Assembly (NCBI GenBank): GCA_033875315.1
Contig: JANRJG010000012.1
Location: forward strand, 493-64,492
DNA: 64,000 nt
Direction of reading: 5' to 3'
DNA from: Candidatus Methylacidiphilales bacterium
GTDB taxonomy: Bacteria > Verrucomicrobiota > Verrucomicrobiia > Methylacidiphilales > CAZTYG01
The position numbers were made by a program, and so were the translations under genes. Of the stretch, positions 14,535-23,234 are shown one piece after another. The notes beneath the pieces are model-generated. The model saw only the letters and a program-made list of their open reading frames with translations. It searched no databases and was not told where the DNA came from. Each line of letters starts with the position of its first letter. Position 1 is the stretch's first letter.

Positions 14535-17276
14535 TCATAGGCTCTTGAATTGGGCTTCGAGTTTAACCAGACGGTCTTTGGCGTCCTGGGCCAGGGCGCG
14601 CCACTCGGTGACTTTTTCCACCGGGGCTTTTTCCACCATCTGGGTGTTGGCCAGTTTCTTTTCCTCGCGCTCCAGATCGGCTTTTGCCTTGGTGATTTCC
14701 TTATCCAGGCGGGCTTTTTCTTTTTCCACGTCGATCAGGCCTGCGAGCGGGAGATAGAGTTCGCCCAAGGGGGTGATCAGCATCGGGGCCTTGATGGGGG
14801 CGGAGATCGCCTCCAAGGATGATGCGTTGAGGAGGCTCTCCAGAATACCGATGACAGAGGACAGAGGACGGACGTCGGTGAAAACCATTTTGAAGGCGAT
14901 TTTTTGGCTGGAGGGAATGCCGAATTCGCCGCGGAGGCTTCGACCGGCGTCGACCGTGTTATAAACAGCATTGGCCAATTCCACATTTTCGCATTTCACA
15001 TCCCGCGTTTTTGCGCTCGGCCAGACTGCGTATTGGATGGTTTCGTTGCTGAAACCGAGTTCCAGCCACAGCTCTTCCGTGATGAAGGGGGCGTAGGGGT
15101 GGAGCAGCCTGAGCACGCGGTGGAGGACGAAATCGATGGTGGCCAGGGTTCCGGAGCGGGTGGGGGAATCGGGGTTGTTGAAGTCGCCTTTTGCCGCTTC
15201 GAGGTAACGCGAGCAGAAGTCGTCCCAGACAAAGGCATAAAGCGCGGAGGCTACGGCACTGAATTGATATTCTGCGAAGCCCTTGTCCACTTCGAGGATC
15301 AATCGGTCGAGCTTGGCCAAGATGTCTTCGGCGAAGGGTGAGAGTTCGTGCCGCGCGGAATAGGGATCGGCCTGGGGATCGACCGGGCCCTGCATCGTCC
15401 GGAAGCGGCAGGCGTTCCAGAGCTTGTTGCAGAAGTTGCGGCCTTCCTCGACCTGCTTCTCATCGAAGCGGATGTCCTGTCCCTGGGGGGCGATGCGCAT
15501 GAGGCCGAAGCGGAGGCCGTCGGCCCCGTATTTGGCGATGAGATCGAGCGGGTCGGGAGAATTGCCGAGCGACTTGCTCATCTTGCGACCCTTGGCGTCG
15601 CGGATCAGGCCGGTGAAGTAAACATCCTTGAAAGCAATGTTTTTCTGCACGTCGTCGGTGCCGGAGGGTTCGAACTCCAGGCCGGCGATGATCATGCGGG
15701 CGACCCAGAGGAAGATGATGTCGGGGCCGGTGACAAGAGCGGATGTGGGATAGAATTTTTTCTGGATCGCCGGGTCCATCGTGGCGTAGGCCCAGAGCCA
15801 GGAAGAAGCCCAGGTGTCGAGGCAGTCGGGATCCTGTTCCCAGCCTTCGCCCGGAGAATCGATCTGGCAGATTGATTCCAGTTTCAGGTTTCCAGTTTCA
15901 GGTTTCTGGTGGAGGCCCGTGTGATACCAAACGGGGATGCGGTGGCCCCAGATGACCTGGCGGGAGAGGCACCAGTCCTGGATGTTTTCCAGCCAGTGGG
16001 CGTAAACTTTTTCCCAGCGCTCGGGAAAGAAGCGGATCTGGCGCTCGCGCACCACGCGCAGGGCCTCATCGATCATCCTTCCGCCCAACATCTTTTTGTA
16101 ATCAAGGAACCACTGCTCGGAGAGCCGGGGCTCGATGGGAACCTGGCCGCGCTCGCTGAAACCGACGTTGTTTTCGTAGGGATCTTCCTTCACCAATTGG
16201 CCGAGGGCGGCGAGCATCTCCGCGGCTTTTTTCCGGGCCTCGAATCGGTCGAGTCCGTCGAGTTCGGGCACGTCGGGGCAGTTGATCCGCCCATCCGCAT
16301 GCAACACATCGATGATCGGGAGGTGGTGGCGCAGGCCGATGTCGAAGTCGGCTTTGTCGTGGGCCGGTGTGACCTTCAGCACGCCGGTGCCGAAGGCGAA
16401 ATCGACGTGGTCGTCGGCGACGATGGGGATTTGGGCCTTGGGGAAGGGGCGCCAGACGTGCTTGCCGATGAGGGCGGTGTAGCGTTCGTCCTTGGGGTTG
16501 ACGGCCACGGCGGTGTCGCCCATGAGGGTTTCCGGACGGGTGGTGGCGATTTCGAGGAAGCGGCCGGGTTCTTCGACCACTTCATAACGCATCGTGTAGA
16601 GTTTTCCTTTTTGCGGGGTGGCGATGACTTCCTCATCGGAGATGGCGGTGAGGGAGGCGGGACACCAGTTGACCATCCGCTTGCCGCGGTAGATGTAGCC
16701 GCGGTTGTAGAGGTCGACGAAGGCCTGCTGGACGGCGCGGTGGTAGTCGTCGTCCATGGTGAAGCGCTGGCGTTCCCAATCGCAGGAGCAACCGAGTTTC
16801 TTCAGTTGCTGGATGATGACGCCCCCGCGGTCGCGGGTCCACGACCAGACCAGTTCAAGCAGGTCCTCGCGGGGGATGTGGTGGCGGGTCAGGGGGACTT
16901 TGGCTTTGTTTTTCGACTGGTCCCAGACGCGGGGGAGCGATTCGAGGGTGGCGCGGACGCCGGGGGGGAGTTCGTCGGGCTTGCGCAGGGCTTTTTCGAC
17001 CGCGGTCTGGGTGGCGAGACCGGCGTGGTCGGTGCCGGGGAGCCAGAGGACTTCCTTGCCTTCAAGTCGGGCCTTGCGGCAGAGGATGTCCTGGAGGGTG
17101 TTGTTGAGGACGTGGCCCAGTGTGAGGACGCCGGTGACGTTGGGCGGCGGGATGACGATGGAGTAGGCCGGCTTGGTCGAGGCGGGATCGGCGCGGAATG
17201 AGCCATGGGCGAGCCAACGGGCGTAGAGTTTTTCCTCCACGGGGCCGGGTTCATAGGCTTTGGCGAGTTCGGGCAT
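14535..17276 (-). CDS. valS: Valine--tRNA ligase
   Basis: Class I aaRS with PPPNVTGVLTLGHV (HIGH-type) and KMSKSLGN (KMSKS) motifs and a C-terminal coiled coil. I prefer the ATG at 17276 (MPELAKAYEP). Confidence 0.95.
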   Translation of the reverse strand: MPELAKAYEPGPVEEKLYARWLAHGSFRADPASTKPAYSIVIPPPNVTGVLTLGHVLNNTLQDILCRKARLEGKEVLWLPGTDHAGLATQTAVEKALRKPDELPPGVRATLESLPRVWDQSKNKAKVPLTRHHIPREDLLELVWSWTRDRGGVIIQQLKKLGCSCDWERQRFTMDDDYHRAVQQAFVDLYNRGYIYRGKRMVNWCPASLTAISDEEVIATPQKGKLYTMRYEVVEEPGRFLEIATTRPETLMGDTAVAVNPKDERYTALIGKHVWRPFPKAQIPIVADDHVDFAFGTGVLKVTPAHDKADFDIGLRHHLPIIDVLHADGRINCPDVPELDGLDRFEARKKAAEMLAALGQLVKEDPYENNVGFSERGQVPIEPRLSEQWFLDYKKMLGGRMIDEALRVVRERQIRFFPERWEKVYAHWLENIQDWCLSRQVIWGHRIPVWYHTGLHQKPETGNLKLESICQIDSPGEGWEQDPDCLDTWASSWLWAYATMDPAIQKKFYPTSALVTGPDIIFLWVARMIIAGLEFEPSGTDDVQKNIAFKDVYFTGLIRDAKGRKMSKSLGNSPDPLDLIAKYGADGLRFGLMRIAPQGQDIRFDEKQVEEGRNFCNKLWNACRFRTMQGPVDPQADPYSARHELSPFAEDILAKLDRLILEVDKGFAEYQFSAVASALYAFVWDDFCSRYLEAAKGDFNNPDSPTRSGTLATIDFVLHRVLRLLHPYAPFITEELWLELGFSNETIQYAVWPSAKTRDVKCENVELANAVYNTVDAGRSLRGEFGIPSSQKIAFKMVFTDVRPLSSVIGILESLLNASSLEAISAPIKAPMLITPLGELYLPLAGLIDVEKEKARLDKEITKAKADLEREEKKLANTQMVEKAPVEKVTEWRALAQDAKDRLVKLEAQFKSL
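15878..15905. repeat. Tandem 14-nt duplication (CCAGTTTCAGGTTT x2, heptamer-periodic) inside valS
   Basis: Seen directly in the sequence. On the coding strand it reads GAAACCTGAAACTG x2 and encodes ..KPETGNLKLES.. in the variable loop between PVWY and QDPDCLDTW. Confidence 0.8.
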
Positions 17277-17300
17277 GGAGGGCAAAATTAGCCTGCCCAT

Positions 17301-17322
17301 CGCACACCGCAAGAACGGTGTG
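17301..17322. repeat. Repeat family E, copy 2 (CGCACACCGCAAGAACGGTGTG hairpin)
   Basis: 22/22 identical to 12664-12685. It lies between the lptF/G-family gene stop (17360) and the valS start (17276). Confidence 0.8.
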
Positions 17323-17359
17323 AAGCGTACGCTGATGGTGGGGCCGACGCGGAAGGCGC

Positions 17360-18577
17360 TTATCCCGAGGGAAAGACATCGTCCGGGGTGGAAGGCGAAC
17401 TTGGGGTCGGATCAGAGCCTGAATGGGAGTTGGCGTTGGAAATGGGGAGGGGTGTCTGGCCTTGATGGATGAAATGGCGCAGATCCCACAGCCAGCCGAC
17501 GCGTTCGGCAAAGAGCCAGAGCCCGGCAGTGCCGAAAAGGAAGACCGGACTCCATGCCGCCATCCAGGGGTTGAGCCGCTTGGCATTGCCCATGGCCTTG
17601 AAGAATTCCAAGCAGAGGATCAGGCCGCCGAGGACGAGCAGACACTGGAAGACGGCGGTGGCCTTGTTGCGACGGTCAAAGTTGACCGCCAGGCCGAAGG
17701 CAAAGAGGCAGAGGATGGGGCAGACCAGGGGATAGGCCAGCCGGTAGAGGTTCTCCGTGCGGTAGGGGGCGTTTTTGCCGGTCGAGCCGGAGGGCGCGGT
17801 TTTCAAGAATTCGCGCAGCTCCGGCCAGGTCATGCCGCTGGCCGGGCTCATGACGGCGACCAGTTGTCGCGGCGTTTCATTGAGGAAGGGGGTCTGTAGC
17901 GTGGGCAGGTCCTGGGGTGGGAGGGAGGAGCCATCGCGGTTGAATTCAACTTTTCGCACCCCGGCGAAGTCCCAGTAGCCGTCTTTGTATTCGCCGCGGG
18001 CGGCAAAAATCTTCAAACGGTCGCGGCCCAGGTCGTCGGGCAGGAGAATTTCCGCCTGTTTGACCGTTTTGTTCCTCAGGTCGATTTCCTGGGCGAACCA
18101 TAGGGCGCCGCTGGCGCTGTTTTTGTAAATCACGGAGCGGAAAACCTGGGAGGAGGACTGGTTTTTCTGCATCTTTCTCGCCATCTCGATACGCCAGGCG
18201 TCGGTCTTGGGGGACCATTCGATGAAGAGGAAATACTGGACCACCATGACCCCGAGCCCGATGAGGAAGAAGGGGATGGAGACCCGGGCCAGGCTGGTCC
18301 CGGCGGTCAGGACGGCCACCAGTTCGCGGGTGGAGGACCAGGCCACCAGAACGGTGGTGACGGCGAGGAAGTACGCCGCCGGGGCGACCGACTGGAAAAT
18401 CATCGGGGCGGGGATGAGGTAGAACTGGGCCAAGGCGCCCCAGCCGGCTTTGTTCTTGATCGCATCCGGTAGGGTATCGAAGAGGTCGATGACGATGAAG
18501 AGGCAGTAGAAGGCGACCAGGCAAAAGAAGAGGGGGGCGACCAGGCTGGTGAGGATGTGGCGGTCGATTAATTTCAT
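17360..18577 (-). CDS. LptF/LptG-family (YjgP/YjgQ) permease
   Basis: The ATG at 18577 gives MKLIDRHILTSLVAPLFFCLVAFYCLFIVIDLF, the typical family start. It has six TMs with a central periplasmic domain. Confidence 0.8.
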   Translation of the reverse strand: MKLIDRHILTSLVAPLFFCLVAFYCLFIVIDLFDTLPDAIKNKAGWGALAQFYLIPAPMIFQSVAPAAYFLAVTTVLVAWSSTRELVAVLTAGTSLARVSIPFFLIGLGVMVVQYFLFIEWSPKTDAWRIEMARKMQKNQSSSQVFRSVIYKNSASGALWFAQEIDLRNKTVKQAEILLPDDLGRDRLKIFAARGEYKDGYWDFAGVRKVEFNRDGSSLPPQDLPTLQTPFLNETPRQLVAVMSPASGMTWPELREFLKTAPSGSTGKNAPYRTENLYRLAYPLVCPILCLFAFGLAVNFDRRNKATAVFQCLLVLGGLILCLEFFKAMGNAKRLNPWMAAWSPVFLFGTAGLWLFAERVGWLWDLRHFIHQGQTPLPISNANSHSGSDPTPSSPSTPDDVFPSG

Positions 18578-18675
18578 GACAGGTGGCGCGGGGCTCCCTA
18601 AATTGGGCCCTCTGCCCATCTTCCGGTCCGGACCCAGAATTGCAAGTGTCCATCCGCAGGGGGCGACAAGCAAAA

Positions 18676-19995
18676 ATGAATGCCCTTGCCGATAAACTCC
18701 AGTCCGTCTTCAAGACGCTTCGTGGCTATGGTACGCTGAACGAAAGCAATGTGGCCGAGGCCCTGCGCGATGTCCGCATGGCGTTGCTGGCCGCGGATGT
18801 GAATTACCAGGTGGCCCGGCAGTTCTGCGAGAGGGTCAAGGAAAAGGCCCTGGGCGAAGAAGTGCGGCAAAGCATCCGGCCGGGGGATTGGTTCGTCAAA
18901 ATCGTCCACGACGAATTGTTGGCTTTGTTCACGCGGGAGGATGCGGGATTGGCCCCGGTGCGTCCGCTGCGCGTGGCGCTGTGCGGGTTGAACGGGGCGG
19001 GCAAAACCACCACCGCGGCCAAATTGGCCCAGTTTCTGGTGCAGGAACGGGAGCGGGTGGTCTTGGTGGCGGCGGACTTGCAACGACCGGCGGCCGCCGA
19101 CCAATTGGGGATCCTTGGTACAAGAATCGGAGCCACCGTCCTGCGGCCGCAGCCGGGCCGGGATCTTGCGGCCCATCTGGCCTGGGCGAGGGAGGAATCT
19201 CTCCGTTTGGGGGCCACCGTGACCATCTTCGACTTGGCCGGGCGGATGGAAATCAACGACGATCTCCTGGCCGAGTTGGCGTCCGCCATCCGGGTCATCG
19301 AACCTCAAGAATCATTGTTGGTCGCGGACGCGGCCTTGGGCCAGGCCGCTGTCGAAGTGGCCAAAGGTTTCATGGCGCGGGCCCGTCTGACCGGCTTGGT
19401 ACTCTCGAAATTCGACGGCGATGCCCGTGGGGGATCGGCTTTTTCGTTACAGGAAGTTACAGGTTGCCCGATCAAGTTTTTAGGAACCGGGGAAAAGACA
19501 GGGGATTTTGAGGCTTTTGAGGCCGAGCGACTGGTCCGTCGGCTCCTGGGCATGGGGGATCTTTATGGGTTGGCGCAGAAAGTCCAGGAAACGGTCGACG
19601 TGGAAGACGTTTCGCGGATGCAGGAGAAGATGAAGAAGGAATCTTTCGACCTGCAGGACTTCCAGGACCAAATGCGGATGATGCGGAAATTGGGTCCGCT
19701 ACAGAATCTTCTTGGCATGATACCCGGCATGGGTAGCATCCCACATTCCGCAGTCGACGAAAACGGGTTGAAACGGACGGAGGCGATCCTGGGGTCCATG
19801 ACCAAGCAGGAGAGACGCAAACCGGACCTGATCAACGCGCGACGCCGACTGCGAATTGCCTCGGGCAGCGGAACTTCCGTGACGGAAGTCAACCAGCTGC
19901 TCCATCGTTTTCGGACCATGAAGAAAATGATGGGCAAAGTGACCCGCAGCGGGAGGCCTGAGGAACAGCTCAAAAAACTGTTCCGGGGCCGCTGA
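18676..19995 (+). CDS. ffh: Signal recognition particle protein Ffh
   Basis: MNALADKLQSVFKTLRG start, GLNGAGKTTT, DLQRPAA, and an M-domain with a Met-rich segment plus RIASGSGTSV. Confidence 0.95.
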   Translation: MNALADKLQSVFKTLRGYGTLNESNVAEALRDVRMALLAADVNYQVARQFCERVKEKALGEEVRQSIRPGDWFVKIVHDELLALFTREDAGLAPVRPLRVALCGLNGAGKTTTAAKLAQFLVQERERVVLVAADLQRPAAADQLGILGTRIGATVLRPQPGRDLAAHLAWAREESLRLGATVTIFDLAGRMEINDDLLAELASAIRVIEPQESLLVADAALGQAAVEVAKGFMARARLTGLVLSKFDGDARGGSAFSLQEVTGCPIKFLGTGEKTGDFEAFEAERLVRRLLGMGDLYGLAQKVQETVDVEDVSRMQEKMKKESFDLQDFQDQMRMMRKLGPLQNLLGMIPGMGSIPHSAVDENGLKRTEAILGSMTKQERRKPDLINARRRLRIASGSGTSVTEVNQLLHRFRTMKKMMGKVTRSGRPEEQLKKLFRGR

Positions 19996-20027
19996 ACCGC
20001 CGCACAGACAGGAAGAGGAAAACGATT

Positions 20028-20276
20028 ATGGCAGTAGTCATTCGACTGAGACGAGAAGGCGCCAAGAACCGCCCGTACTACCGTGTGGTGGTGGCGGACA
20101 AGCGCAGCCCCCGCGATGGCAAGTTCATCGAGGCCGTGGGTTCGTACGACCCGCAGGGCAAGAACCAGGAATCCCCGCTCAAGCTGGAGCGTGTGGAGTA
20201 CTGGATCAAGCAAGGGGCCAAGCCCTCGGAAACCGTCACCAGCTTGATCAAAAAGACGCGCAAGAAAGCCGCCTAA
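20028..20276 (+). CDS. rpsP: 30S ribosomal protein S16
   Basis: [35 protein letters not shown] is the canonical S16 sequence. Confidence 0.95.
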   Translation: MAVVIRLRREGAKNRPYYRVVVADKRSPRDGKFIEAVGSYDPQGKNQESPLKLERVEYWIKQGAKPSETVTSLIKKTRKKAA

Positions 20277-20299
20277 CCCAGCGAAGCGAGACCCCGGCG

Positions 20300-20542
20300 A
20301 TGAAATACTTCGTGGAATTCGTGGTCTCTTCGATGGTGAGCTATGCGGACGAAGTGGATGTCCAGGAGGTGGAGAACAACGGAGTGACGACCTACGTCGT
20401 GCGCCTGAACCCGGCGGATATCGGCCGGGTCATCGGCAAGCACGGCAAGACCATCGGCGCGATCCGCAGCCTCATGCAGGCCGCAGCCTCCCGGGACAAC
20501 CGGCGGGTGCAGCTCGAGGTGGTGGACGAGGCCGCGGCCTGA
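20300..20542 (+). CDS. KH-domain RNA-binding protein (UPF0109/YlqC-like)
   Basis: 80 aa with the [19 protein letters not shown] GxxG motif, in the usual position after rpsP. Confidence 0.8.
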   Translation: MKYFVEFVVSSMVSYADEVDVQEVENNGVTTYVVRLNPADIGRVIGKHGKTIGAIRSLMQAAASRDNRRVQLEVVDEAAA

Positions 20543-20553
20543 AGGTCAAGGTC

Positions 20554-21252
20554 TTGAAGATCGACGTCCTGACGCTTTTCCCCGAAATGATGGAGGGTCC
20601 GCTGCGGACCAGCATCCTCCAGCGGGCGCAGAAAGCAGGACAGGCCGTCATCCGTGTCCACAACATCCGTGACCAGGCGCACGACCGGCATCGCACGGTG
20701 GACGACCGGCCCTACGGCGGCGGCCCCGGGATGGTGATGATGTGCGAGCCCCTGGTGTCGGCCATCGAGGCCGTCCGGACGTTGGAGGCGGAACCCGCCC
20801 GGGTCATTTACCTGACCCCCGAGGGGAAGGTCTTCGACCAGGCCAAGGCGGTGGAACTGGCCGCCTTGCCACGGTTGGTCCTGGTCAGCGGCCACTACGA
20901 AGGGATCGACGAAAGGGTGAGGGAAGGCTGGATCGACGAGGAGATATCCATCGGCGATTATGTGCTGACCAACGGCACCCTGCCGGCCCTGGTGGTGATC
21001 GACGCGGTGGTGCGGTTGTTGCCCGGGGTCCTGGGCAACGAAGAGTCGGCGGAGACGGAAAGTTTTTCCGCGGACCTTTTGGAAGGTCCGCAGTATACGC
21101 GCCCGGTGGAATTCCGGGGCAAGAAGGTGCCGGAGATCCTGCTCACCGGCAACCATGCGGCCATCGCCACATGGCGCCACGAGCAGGCCGAACGCCGGAC
21201 GCGTGAACGTAGAATGGATTTATTGGAACAGCGAAACGAGAAAGGTGAATGA
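20554..21252 (+). CDS. trmD: tRNA (guanine37-N1)-methyltransferase TrmD
   Basis: [39 protein letters not shown] and [15 protein letters not shown] start. Confidence 0.95.
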   Translation: MKIDVLTLFPEMMEGPLRTSILQRAQKAGQAVIRVHNIRDQAHDRHRTVDDRPYGGGPGMVMMCEPLVSAIEAVRTLEAEPARVIYLTPEGKVFDQAKAVELAALPRLVLVSGHYEGIDERVREGWIDEEISIGDYVLTNGTLPALVVIDAVVRLLPGVLGNEESAETESFSADLLEGPQYTRPVEFRGKKVPEILLTGNHAAIATWRHEQAERRTRERRMDLLEQRNEKGE

Positions 21253-21253
21253 G

Positions 21254-21676
21254 ATGAAACTGATTGAAAAAATCGAGAGCGAACAGCTCAAGGCGAAAAA
21301 GGTCGACTTCAAGGTCGGCGACTGGGTCAAAGTGTCCACCCGGGTCAAAGAAGGCGACAAGGAACGTACCCAGGTCTATGCCGGGGTGGTCATCGGCCGC
21401 AAAGGCCGCGGCATCAACGAAAGCTTCACCGTGCGCCGCATCAGCTACGGTGAAGGTGTCGAGCGCGTGTTCCCGTTGCACTCGCCCTTCATTGAGAAGA
21501 TTGTCGTCGAGACCTCCGGCACCGCCCGCCGGGCCAAGTTGTATTTCCTGCGCGGCAAGAAGGGCGCCCTGACGGTCAAGGCCGATGAGGGTGCGGTGCG
21601 CGACAGCAAGGCCGCCAAGGCCAAAGCCAAGTCCGAGGCGAAAGCCGAAGCCAAGGCCGCTGCGGCCGCGGAATAA
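21254..21676 (+). CDS. rplS: 50S ribosomal protein L19 with a Lys/Ala-rich C-terminal extension
   Basis: The ATG at 21254 gives MKLIEKIESEQLK..FKVGDWVKV..RTQVYAGVVIGRKG..FTVRRIS. The extra tail is SKAAKAKAKSEAKAEAKAAAAAE. Confidence 0.95.
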   Translation: MKLIEKIESEQLKAKKVDFKVGDWVKVSTRVKEGDKERTQVYAGVVIGRKGRGINESFTVRRISYGEGVERVFPLHSPFIEKIVVETSGTARRAKLYFLRGKKGALTVKADEGAVRDSKAAKAKAKSEAKAEAKAAAAAE

Positions 21677-21716
21677 TGATCTTCCGCCCTCTCTAGCAGG
21701 CGGGCACGATCCCACA

Positions 21717-21750
21717 AAAGCCCGGGGCGCGACGCTCCGGGCTTTTTGTG
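21717..21750 (+). terminator. Rho-independent terminator after rplS
   Basis: AAAAGCCCGGggcgcgacgctCCGGGCTTTTTGTG: a GC-rich stem followed by a T5 run, about 40 nt after the rplS stop. Confidence 0.7.
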
Positions 21751-21836
21751 TTTGGATGAATTGGTGAATGGGGGGACGGCCTCCGCTTTGGCGTCATACT
21801 CAAACCAAATGGAGTAGGCGAAAAAGTGCCAAAACT

Positions 21837-21942
21837 GCCTTATGGGAGGGCGAAGTTCCAGCTGAGCCGCCCTTGGAAAAATGACCTCAAAACGGCTTGG
21901 CCCCGAACGCCTACGGGGGAGCCAGGAGCCTCGCCCTCCCGC
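21837..21942. repeat. Interspersed hairpin element, family A copy 1 (GCCTTAYGGGAGGGCGAAG..GCTGAGCCGCCCTTGGAA ... CTACGGGGGAGCCAGGAGCCTCGCCCTCCCG)
   Basis: Element of about 105 nt with imperfect inverted arms of about 18-20 nt. Near-identical left arms occur at 42445 and 62746. Its translation artefacts (GRAKLPLSRPW, GEPGASPS) appear in track ORFs. Confidence 0.8.
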
Positions 21943-21985
21943 TGATTCTGTCGCTGATTCAATAGGATTTGGTATAAAAACAACC

Positions 21986-22621
21986 ATGGCCAAGATAGGA
22001 CTTTCCTGGGATTTTGAGATCGAAGCCCAGGCCGCGGGTTTTACCCGGATCGCCGGGGTGGATGAGGCCGGGCGTGGTTGTCTGGCCGGCCCGGTGGTGG
22101 CAGCCGCACTCCTCTTCCCCTCTCTGGGAAGCTGTCCGCCTGGACTCAACGATTCCAAGAAGCTGACGCGCAAAGCGCGGAGCCGGTTGTTTGACGAATT
22201 GCAGTCGCTGCCCGGCATAGAATGGGCGGTCGGCACGGCCTCGGTGGAAGAAATCGACCGGATCAACATCCTGCAAGCGGCATTGCTGGCCATGCGGCGC
22301 GCGGTTGAAGGGCTGTCGCGCAAAGTGGATTTCCTGCTCGTGGATGGCAACATCCTGCCCGATTCAGGCCGGCCCGGCCGGGCGGTGGTTTCCGGCGACG
22401 CCCGGGTTCCCTCCATTGCCGCTGCCTCCATCCTTGCCAAGGAAAGCCGCGACCGTATCATGGAGCGGATTGAAAGGGAATACCCCGGATACGGATTCGC
22501 ACAGCACAAGGGCTACGGCACCGCCGCACACCTCCGTGCTCTCGCGGCTCTGGGGCCTTGTCCGGAACACCGCCGCTCCTTTGCTCCCGTGGCGCAATGC
22601 CACCCTGCCCGCCCGGAGTGA
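21986..22621 (+). CDS. rnhB: Ribonuclease HII
   Basis: The ATG at 21986 gives ..FTRIAGVDEAGRGCLAGPVVAAA.., DSKKLT, and LVDGN..ASILAKE..GYGFAQHKGYGT. The upstream part of the track ORF lies in repeat A1. Confidence 0.9.
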   Translation: MAKIGLSWDFEIEAQAAGFTRIAGVDEAGRGCLAGPVVAAALLFPSLGSCPPGLNDSKKLTRKARSRLFDELQSLPGIEWAVGTASVEEIDRINILQAALLAMRRAVEGLSRKVDFLLVDGNILPDSGRPGRAVVSGDARVPSIAAASILAKESRDRIMERIEREYPGYGFAQHKGYGTAAHLRALAALGPCPEHRRSFAPVAQCHPARPE

Positions 22622-23000
22622 CCGGTCCGGGCGCGGGGCCCGGGGCGAGGCCGCAGCGGCGCGGTTCCTGCGCCGGCAGGGTTACCGCATCCTGGTCCGG
22701 AATTACACCACCAGATGGGGCGAGATCGACCTGGTATGCCGCCATCAAGACACCCTGGTGTTCGTCGAGGTCAAGGCCCGGGCCACCGATGCCTGGTCCA
22801 GTCCGGCGGCGGCAGTCACGCCCTCGAAGCAACGCAAACTGATCCGCGCGGGCCATGCTTATCTGCAGGAATTGAAGCGCGATGACATTCCCGTCCGCTT
22901 TGATGTGGTTGAAGTGGACCTCGGAGATGACGGTCGGATGGAGTGCCGGTTGATCGCCCATGCCTTCAAAGTGCCGAATCCGGGTGAGTTTCCGGGGTGA
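22581..23000 (+). CDS. yraN: YraN-family (UPF0102) endonuclease-like protein
   Basis: GEAAAARFLRRQGYRILVRNY..GEIDLV..LVFVEVKAR..VRFDVVEV matches UPF0102. The start is uncertain; I chose an in-frame TTG at 22581 that overlaps the rnhB 3' end. Confidence 0.7.
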   Translation: MLPWRNATLPARSDRSGRGARGEAAAARFLRRQGYRILVRNYTTRWGEIDLVCRHQDTLVFVEVKARATDAWSSPAAAVTPSKQRKLIRAGHAYLQELKRDDIPVRFDVVEVDLGDDGRMECRLIAHAFKVPNPGEFPG

Positions 23001-23047
23001 GGCGATTCCTTGGAGCCTTTTCTATTGAATTGGCCGCAGTTTCCACT

Positions 23048-23145
23048 CCTTTCTCTTACTCGCGCTCGTGCTCGTGATCTCCATCCACGAGAGAACGAGA
23101 AGGAGAAAGAGTACGAGAACGATGAGCAGATTAAACGCAAAACGC
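23048..23145. repeat. Interspersed hairpin element, family B copy 1 (CTTTCTCTTACTCG..CTCGTG-loop-CACGAGAGAACGAGAAGGAGAAAGAGTACGAGAACGATGAGCAGATTAAACGCAAAACGC)
   Basis: Related copies are at 28518-28616 (inverted orientation), 41015-61 (partial) and 43799-853 (inverted, partial). It gives ENEKEKEYENDEQIKRK-type artefact ORFs. Confidence 0.8.
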
Positions 23146-23234
23146 ACCTGGAGCCTCCCGTGCCCCGTTCCTCCTCAGCGCTCCTTGCGTCTCTGCGCGA
23201 GATCAACGGTTTTTTGTCACAAAGTCCTACCCGA

